Below, one piece after another: positions 57,344 to 64,000 of a DNA stretch of 64,000 nt (position 1 is its first letter; every line of letters begins with the position of its first letter). Source of the stretch: Escherichia coli (lineage in GTDB: Bacteria; Pseudomonadota; Gammaproteobacteria; Enterobacterales; Enterobacteriaceae); NCBI RefSeq assembly GCF_024223415.1, contig NZ_CP100500.1, one strand, 5' to 3'. A program made the position numbers and the translations under genes. Under the pieces are notes generated by a model. The model did not search any database, was not told where the DNA came from, and worked only from the letters and a program-made list of their open reading frames with translations.

Positions 57344-58576
57344 ATGGCAAAGGTATCGCTGGAGAAAGACAAGATTAAGTTTCTGCTGGTAGAAGGCGTG
57401 CACCAAAAGGCGCTGGAAAGCCTTCGTGCAGCTGGTTACACCAACATCGAATTTCACAAAGGCGCGCTGGATGATGAACAATTAAAAGAATCCATCCGCG
57501 ATGCCCACTTCATCGGCCTGCGATCCCGTACCCATCTGACTGAAGACGTGATCAACGCCGCAGAAAAGCTGGTCGCTATTGGCTGTTTCTGTATAGGAAC
57601 AAACCAGGTTGATCTGGATGCGGCGGCAAAGCGCGGGATCCCGGTATTTAACGCACCGTTCTCAAATACGCGCTCTGTTGCGGAGCTGGTGATTGGCGAA
57701 CTGCTGCTGCTATTGCGCGGCGTGCCGGAAGCCAATGCTAAAGCGCACCGTGGCGTGTGGAACAAACTGGCGGCGGGTTCTTTTGAAGCGCGCGGCAAAA
57801 AGCTGGGTATCATCGGCTACGGTCATATTGGTACGCAATTGGGCATTCTGGCTGAATCGCTGGGAATGTATGTTTACTTTTATGATATTGAAAATAAACT
57901 GCCGCTGGGCAACGCCACTCAGGTACAGCATCTTTCTGACCTGCTGAATATGAGCGATGTGGTGAGTCTGCATGTACCAGAGAATCCGTCCACCAAAAAT
58001 ATGATGGGCGCGAAAGAAATTTCACTAATGAAGCCCGGCTCGCTGCTGATTAATGCTTCGCGCGGTACTGTGGTGGATATTCCGGCGCTGTGTGATGCGC
58101 TGGCGAGCAAACATCTGGCGGGGGCGGCAATCGACGTATTCCCGACGGAACCGGCGACCAATAGCGATCCATTTACCTCTCCGCTGTGTGAATTCGACAA
58201 CGTCCTTCTGACGCCACACATTGGCGGTTCGACTCAGGAAGCGCAGGAGAATATTGGCCTGGAAGTTGCGGGTAAATTGATCAAGTATTCTGACAATGGC
58301 TCAACGCTCTCTGCGGTGAACTTCCCGGAAGTCTCGCTGCCACTGCACGGTGGGCGTCGTCTGATGCACATCCACGAAAACCGTCCGGGCGTGCTAACTG
58401 CGCTGAACAAAATCTTCGCCGAGCAGGGCGTCAACATCGCCGCGCAATATCTACAAACTTCCGCCCAGATGGGTTATGTGGTTATTGATATTGAAGCCGA
58501 CGAAGACGTTGCCGAAAAAGCGCTGCAGGCAATGAAAGCTATTCCGGGTACCATTCGCGCCCGTCTGCTGTACTAA
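57344..58576 (+). CDS. serA: D-3-phosphoglycerate dehydrogenase
   Basis: 410-aa ORF MAKVSLEKDKIKFLLVEGVHQKALESLRAAGYTNIEFHKGALDDEQLKESIRD... Confidence 0.96.
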   Translation: MAKVSLEKDKIKFLLVEGVHQKALESLRAAGYTNIEFHKGALDDEQLKESIRDAHFIGLRSRTHLTEDVINAAEKLVAIGCFCIGTNQVDLDAAAKRGIPVFNAPFSNTRSVAELVIGELLLLLRGVPEANAKAHRGVWNKLAAGSFEARGKKLGIIGYGHIGTQLGILAESLGMYVYFYDIENKLPLGNATQVQHLSDLLNMSDVVSLHVPENPSTKNMMGAKEISLMKPGSLLINASRGTVVDIPALCDALASKHLAGAAIDVFPTEPATNSDPFTSPLCEFDNVLLTPHIGGSTQEAQENIGLEVAGKLIKYSDNGSTLSAVNFPEVSLPLHGGRRLMHIHENRPGVLTALNKIFAEQGVNIAAQYLQTSAQMGYVVIDIEADEDVAEKALQAMKAIPGTIRARLLY

Positions 58577-58597
58577 TTCCCCTTCTCTGAAAATCAA

Positions 58598-58628
58598 CGG
58601 GCAGGTCACTGACTTGCCCGTTTTTTTA
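58598..58628 (+). terminator. serA rho-independent terminator
   Basis: cgggcaggtcactgacttgcccg followed by ttttttt. Confidence 0.75.
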
Positions 58629-58749
58629 TCCCTTCTCCACACCGTTGCCGCGTTGCGCATTCTACTTTGCGAGTCTGCTCCAGAAAATAAATCAAAGTCA
58701 GATCAATGCGTTGTGTTTATTTAATGGGGATTTACGATGGCGGGACAGC

Positions 58750-58905
58750 ACAGGGCTGTAACGCTAAAGCCCTCACCGAAGCGAGGGCTTGAAGGAGAAG
58801 GGTTATGATGCGACTTGTCATCATACTGATTGTACTGTTACTCATAAGTTTCCCAGCTTATTAACAGTCAGTCTCAGGGGAGGAGTCATCCTCCCTTACC
58901 CTTAC
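58750..58905 (-). ncRNA. sibC: SibC antisense sRNA (type I antitoxin) overlapping ibsC; ends approximate
   Basis: Inferred from the ibsC position and the known Sib/Ibs architecture; hairpin aagccctcaccgaagcgagggctt at 58757-58780 could serve as the minus-strand terminator. Confidence 0.4.
58805..58864 (+). CDS. ibsC: type I toxin peptide IbsC (19 aa, hydrophobic)
   Basis: atgatgcgacttgtcatcatactgattgtactgttactcataagtttcccagcttattaa gives MMRLVIILIVLLLISFPAY; sits in the serA/ygfA intergenic region as in K-12. Confidence 0.7.
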   Translation: MMRLVIILIVLLLISFPAY

Positions 58906-58964
58906 TCACTAAATTAGGTTAAAGAATCAACGATGTCAATCAGGGCGATGCAGGTGTGTCGCCC

Positions 58965-59513
58965 TTACCACTCCCAGACTTTCGACGGTGTAATCACCGC
59001 AGGCAGTGGGATATCCCACTCTTCAGTGGGGAGTTTTTCCACCAACTGACAATCATGCGCATAACCCACCGGTTGCATTTTATAGTGCTGCCAGTTTTGT
59101 AAGGTCCGATCATAAAAACCACCGCCCATTCCCAGGCGCTGACCGTACTCATCAAAGGCGACCAGCGGTGTGATCAACACGTCTAATCGGGAAAGGGGTA
59201 GCACGTCACGCACATCCAATTTTGGCTCATGGATCTTCAACCTGTTCATCACCAGTTCGCTTTGCGGATGGTAATTCAGGAACAGCAAATTACCGGCACT
59301 AAAGGGATGCAAAACTGGAAGATATACGCGCTTACCGGCGCGCCAGAGTTGTTCTATGAGTGGCTGGGTGTCGAGTTCGCCATCAAAAGAGAGGAATACA
59401 GCGACCGTATGTGCCATCACCACCGGGGGATAAGTCATCATCCGGGTAGCGGCTTGTTGACCCATTTCCTGCTGTTGTTCCGGCGTTAACGTACGACGAC
59501 GTTGCCGAATCAT
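58965..59513 (-). CDS. ygfA: 5-formyltetrahydrofolate cyclo-ligase
   Basis: MIRQRRRTLTPEQQQEMGQQAATRMMTYPPVVMAHTVAVFLSFDGELDTQPLIEQLW...; the 182-aa Met was chosen and upstream Mets are possible. Confidence 0.88.
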   Translation of the reverse strand: MIRQRRRTLTPEQQQEMGQQAATRMMTYPPVVMAHTVAVFLSFDGELDTQPLIEQLWRAGKRVYLPVLHPFSAGNLLFLNYHPQSELVMNRLKIHEPKLDVRDVLPLSRLDVLITPLVAFDEYGQRLGMGGGFYDRTLQNWQHYKMQPVGYAHDCQLVEKLPTEEWDIPLPAVITPSKVWEW

Positions 59514-59585
59514 TTTGCGGATTTCTTGTCGGGATAATGTCAGTGGGAGTTCTGGTAGTTGCGTCATGGCTGGTGCCAGATAAGA

Positions 59586-59771
59586 AGGGAATCTCCGAGA
59601 TGCCGCCGCAGGCTGTAACCCTTGAACCCTTGGTTCAAGGTGAATGTGTCGTCGCAGTTTTAAGGCTTCTCGGACGGACCGAGCATGCTCACCAACCGCG
59701 GAGCGCCACATTCTTGTGGTATGAAATATCGGCTCAGGGGACTGGCCCGCTTGCGAACATCTCAGAGAAAT
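59586..59771 (-). ncRNA. ssrS: 6S RNA (ends within a few nt)
   Basis: Minus-strand sequence AUUUCUCUGAGAUGUUCGCAAGCGGGCCAGUCCCCUGAGCCGAUAUUUCAUACCACAAGAAUGUGGCGCUCCGCGGUUGGUGAGCAUGCUCGG... recognised as E. coli 6S RNA, upstream of ygfA. Confidence 0.9.
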
Positions 59772-59812
59772 TTTGTCTTCACGGTTACTCTACCACAGTA
59801 AACCGAAAAGTG

Positions 59813-60208
<396 letters not shown>

Positions 60209-60309
60209 CTATAGCTACCCTGATGAGAAGAGACAAGCCCTTTTCTGGTCCACCAGGGCCCAAAGTGGTAGCATATCATGAATATTCCTCCCTTTGACGA
60301 CGAATGCTT

Positions 60310-60888
60310 ATGTCTATACAGAACGAAATGCCTGGTTACAACGAAATGAACCAGTATCTGAACCAACAAGGGACGGGTCTGACCCCTGCTGAGATGCATG
60401 GTTTAATCAGTGGGATGATATGTGGCGGTAACGATGACAGCTCATGGCTGCCGCTACTTCACGACCTGACGAACGAAGGCATGGCTTTCGGTCATGAGCT
60501 GGCACAGGCACTGCGTAAAATGCACTCTGCCACCAGCGATGCCCTGCAAGATGACGGCTTCCTTTTTCAGCTTTATCTGCCTGATGGCGATGATGTCAGC
60601 GTTTTCGATCGGGCTGATGCACTGGCAGGTTGGGTCAATCACTTCCTGCTTGGTCTTGGCGTTACGCAACCGAAGCTGGACAAAGTGACCGGAGAAACCG
60701 GTGAAGCCATCGACGATCTGCGTAACATCGCGCAGCTGGGCTACGACGAAGACGAAGATCAGGAAGAGCTTGAAATGTCGCTTGAAGAGATCATCGAATA
60801 CGTTCGTGTTGCCGCGCTGTTATGCCACGACACCTTTACTCATCCGCAACCGACCGCGCCAGAAGTACAAAAACCGACTCTACACTAA
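60310..60888 (+). CDS. ygfB: UPF0149 protein YgfB
   Basis: [48 protein letters not shown]... Confidence 0.9.
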
Positions 60889-60913
60889 AAACAAAAAACG
60901 TAAGGAGAGTGTT

Positions 60914-62239
60914 ATGAGTGAGATATCCCGGCAAGAGTTTCAGCGTCGCCGTCAGGCCCTGGTGGAGCAAATGCAACCCGGCAGCGCCGCGCTGATTTTT
61001 GCTGCACCAGAAGTAACACGTAGCGCCGACAGCGAATACCCCTATCGTCAGAACAGTGACTTCTGGTACTTCACCGGCTTTAACGAACCGGAAGCGGTGC
61101 TGGTGCTGATTAAAAGCGATGACACTCATAACCACAGCGTTCTGTTTAACCGCGTTCGCGACCTGACGGCGGAGATCTGGTTTGGCCGTCGTTTAGGTCA
61201 GGATGCCGCGCCAGAGAAACTGGGCGTTGACCGCGCACTGGCATTCAGCGAAATTAATCAGCAACTTTATCAACTACTTAATGGTCTGGATGTGGTTTAC
61301 CACGCCCAGGGCGAATATGCATATGCTGATGAAATCGTGAACAGCGCGCTTGAGAAACTGCGTAAAGGTTCGCGGCAAAATCTCACCGCGCCGGCAACGA
61401 TGATCGACTGGCGTCCCATTGTTCATGAAATGCGCCTGTTCAAATCGCCGGAAGAGATTGCCGTACTTCGCCGCGCGGGTGAAATCACCGCCCTGGCGCA
61501 TACTCGGGCGATGGAAAAATGCCGTCCGGGAATGTTCGAGTACCACCTGGAAGGCGAAATTCACCACGAATTTAACCGCCACGGCGCGCGCAATCCTTCC
61601 TATAACACCATTGTCGGCAGCGGTGAAAACGGCTGCATTCTGCATTACACCGAAAACGAGTGTGAACTGCGCGACGGCGATCTGGTGTTGATTGACGCGG
61701 GTTGCGAATACAAAGGTTACGCTGGCGATATTACCCGCACCTTCCCGGTCAACGGCAAATTCACTCAGGCTCAGCGTGAAATCTACGACATTGTGCTGGA
61801 GTCTCTCGAAACCAGCCTGCGCCTGTATCGTCCGGGAACTTCCATTCAGGAAGTCACCGGTGAAGTGGTGCGCATCATGGTTAGCGGCCTGGTAAAACTC
61901 GGCATCCTGAAAGGTGATGTTGATGAACTGATCGCTCAGAACGCCCATCGTCCTTTCTTTATGCATGGCCTTAGCCACTGGTTAGGACTGGATGTCCATG
62001 ACGTGGGTGTTTATGGTCAGGATCGCTCGCGCATTCTGGAACCGGGCATGGTACTGACCGTAGAGCCAGGGCTGTATATTGCGCCGGATGCAGAAGTGCC
62101 AGAACAATATCGCGGTATCGGCATTCGTATTGAAGACGACATTGTGATTACCGAAACCGGTAACGAAAACCTCACCGCCAGCGTGGTGAAAAAGCCGGAA
62201 GAAATCGAAGCGTTGATGGCAGCTGCGAGAAAGCAATGA
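60914..62239 (+). CDS. pepP: Xaa-Pro aminopeptidase
   Basis: MSEISRQEFQRRRQALVEQMQPGSAALIFAAPEVTRSADSEYPYRQNSDFWYFTGFNEP...; internal Met chosen. Confidence 0.95.
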   Translation: MSEISRQEFQRRRQALVEQMQPGSAALIFAAPEVTRSADSEYPYRQNSDFWYFTGFNEPEAVLVLIKSDDTHNHSVLFNRVRDLTAEIWFGRRLGQDAAPEKLGVDRALAFSEINQQLYQLLNGLDVVYHAQGEYAYADEIVNSALEKLRKGSRQNLTAPATMIDWRPIVHEMRLFKSPEEIAVLRRAGEITALAHTRAMEKCRPGMFEYHLEGEIHHEFNRHGARNPSYNTIVGSGENGCILHYTENECELRDGDLVLIDAGCEYKGYAGDITRTFPVNGKFTQAQREIYDIVLESLETSLRLYRPGTSIQEVTGEVVRIMVSGLVKLGILKGDVDELIAQNAHRPFFMHGLSHWLGLDVHDVGVYGQDRSRILEPGMVLTVEPGLYIAPDAEVPEQYRGIGIRIEDDIVITETGNENLTASVVKKPEEIEALMAAARKQ

Positions 62240-63414
62240 GCGTAATCATCGTCGGTGGCGGCATGGCGGGCGCGACGCTGGCGCTGGCTATTTCCCGGTT
62301 AAGTCACGGGGCGCTGCCGGTACATTTGATTGAAGCGACCGCGCCAGAATCACATGTTCATCCGGGCTTTGATGGGCGAGCGATTGCGCTGGCGGCGGGT
62401 ACCTGTCAGCAACTGGCGCGCATTGGCGTCTGGCAATCTCTGGCGGATTGCGCAACCGCCATCACTACCGTGCATGTCAGCGATCGTGGTCATGCCGGAT
62501 TCGTCACCCTCGCCGCAGAAGATTACCAACTGGCGGCGCTGGGGCAGGTTGTCGAATTGCACAATGTCGGGCAACGGCTGTTTGCATTGCTGCGCAAAGC
62601 ACCTGGCGTAACGCTGCATTGCCCGGATCGCGTGGCTAACGTTGCCCGTACTCAGAGTCATGTTGAAGTGACGCTGGAGTGTGGCGAGATGCTGACGGGC
62701 CGCGTGCTGGTAGCCGCTGATGGCACCCATTCAGCGTTAGCCACTGTGTGCGGCGTTGACTGGCTGCAGGAGCCTTACGAACAACTGGCTGTGATTGCCA
62801 ACGTTGCGACTTCCGTTGCGCATGAAGGGCGCGCTTTTGAACGCTTTACGCAACATGGCCCGCTGGCGATGTTGCCGATGTCTGACGGACGCTGTTCGCT
62901 GGTCTGGTGTCATCCACTGGAACGGCGCGAAGAGGTGCTGTCGTGGAGCGATGAGAAGTTTTGCCGTGAACTCCAGTCGGCCTTTGGCTGGCGACTTGGG
63001 AAAATTACCCACGCTGGTAAACGCAGTGCTTATCCGCTGGCGTTAACCCACGCCGCCAGATCTATTACCCATCGTACCGTGCTGGTGGGCAATGCGGCGC
63101 AAACCCTGCACCCGATTGCCGGGCAAGGGTTCAACCTCGGTATGCGAGATGTCATGAGTCTTGCGGAAACCCTGACTCAGGCGCAGGAGCGCGGAGAAGA
63201 CATGGGTGATTACGGCGTATTGTGTCGTTATCAGCAGCGTCGACAGAGCGATCGCGAAGCAACCATTGGCGTCACGGACAGCCTTGTACATCTTTTTGCC
63301 AACCGATGGGCGCCGCTGGTTGTCGGGCGCAACATCGGGCTGATGACGATGGAATTATTTACCCCGGCACGCGATGTGCTGGCGCAGCGCACCCTCGGTT
63401 GGGTGGCGCGTTGA
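62236..63414 (+). CDS. ubiH: 2-octaprenyl-6-methoxyphenol hydroxylase
   Basis: 392-aa ORF MSVIIVGGGMAGATLALAISRLSHGALPVHLIEATAPESHVHPGFDGRAIALAAG... Confidence 0.95.
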   Translation: MSVIIVGGGMAGATLALAISRLSHGALPVHLIEATAPESHVHPGFDGRAIALAAGTCQQLARIGVWQSLADCATAITTVHVSDRGHAGFVTLAAEDYQLAALGQVVELHNVGQRLFALLRKAPGVTLHCPDRVANVARTQSHVEVTLECGEMLTGRVLVAADGTHSALATVCGVDWLQEPYEQLAVIANVATSVAHEGRAFERFTQHGPLAMLPMSDGRCSLVWCHPLERREEVLSWSDEKFCRELQSAFGWRLGKITHAGKRSAYPLALTHAARSITHRTVLVGNAAQTLHPIAGQGFNLGMRDVMSLAETLTQAQERGEDMGDYGVLCRYQQRRQSDREATIGVTDSLVHLFANRWAPLVVGRNIGLMTMELFTPARDVLAQRTLGWVAR

Positions 63415-63436
63415 AGGCGGTTTTAAGGAATAAACA

Positions 63437-64000
63437 ATGCAAAGTGTTGATGTAGCCATTGTTGGCGGCGGCATGGTGGGGCTGGCGGTTGCCTGCGGCT
63501 TACAGGGTAGCGGCTTACGCGTTGCCGTACTGGAGCAGCGCGTACCGGAACCTCTGGCGGCGGATGCACCACCACAACTGCGCGTTTCGGCTATCAATGC
63601 CGCCAGCGAAAAATTACTCACCCGTCTTGGCGTCTGGCAGGACATTCTCTCTCGTAGGGCCAGTTGCTATCACGGCATGGAAGTGTGGGACAAAGACAGT
63701 TTTGGTCACATTTCGTTTGACGATCAAAGCATGGGCTATAGCCATCTTGGGCATATCGTTGAAAACTCAGTGATTCACTACGCGCTGTGGAACAAAGCGC
63801 ATCAGTCGTCAGATATCACTCTGTTGGCCCCCGCAGAATTACAGCAGGTCGCCTGGGGAGAAAACGAAACCTTCCTGACGCTGAAAGATGGCAGCATGTT
63901 AACGGCGCGTCTGGTGATTGGTGCGGATGGCGCTAATTCCTGGTTGCGCAACAAAGCCGATATTCCGCTGACTTTCTGGGATTATCAGCATCACGCGCTG
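63437..64000 (+). CDS. ubiI: 2-octaprenylphenol hydroxylase UbiI (VisC), 5' portion; runs off the window end
   Basis: MQSVDVAIVGGGMVGLAVACGLQGSGLRVAVLEQRVPEPLAADAPPQLRVSAINAASEKLL... Confidence 0.9.
   Translation, partial: MQSVDVAIVGGGMVGLAVACGLQGSGLRVAVLEQRVPEPLAADAPPQLRVSAINAASEKLLTRLGVWQDILSRRASCYHGMEVWDKDSFGHISFDDQSMGYSHLGHIVENSVIHYALWNKAHQSSDITLLAPAELQQVAWGENETFLTLKDGSMLTARLVIGADGANSWLRNKADIPLTFWDYQHHAL

Overview
This window reads as an Escherichia coli-type chromosomal segment, collinear with (but inverted relative to) the K-12 nupG to ubiI region; the K-12 comparison throughout is from memory, not an alignment. The core genes are recognisable by translation: mutY, trmB, ansB, hemW, rdgB, gshB, endA, metK, speA, speB, loiP, tktA, the cmt/ygg cluster, epd-pgk-fbaA, mscS, argO, the sbm operon, argP, rpiA, serA, ssrS, zapA, pepP and ubiH. 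Known small elements present are 6S RNA (ssrS), the ibsC/sibC type I toxin-antitoxin pair, yqgB and several REP/BIME clusters. Five things interrupt the core order and appear absent from K-12. The most interesting are two compact, AT-rich islets of unknown function: an orphan DctP-type solute-binding protein paired with an unrecognised cytoplasmic protein between mscS and argO, and a five-gene ECF-type transporter operon led by a PPC/DUF296 protein between yggC and epd. The others are a lipoprotein gene wedged between speA and speB, an SPFH/band-7 membrane protein between tktA and cmtB, and a 1432-bp IS3-family element (IS1397-like) sitting in the centre of a REP palindrome between speB and loiP. 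In addition, galP carries an in-frame TAA stop and looks like a pseudogene. Nothing in the window resembles a CRISPR array or a recognisable defence system.
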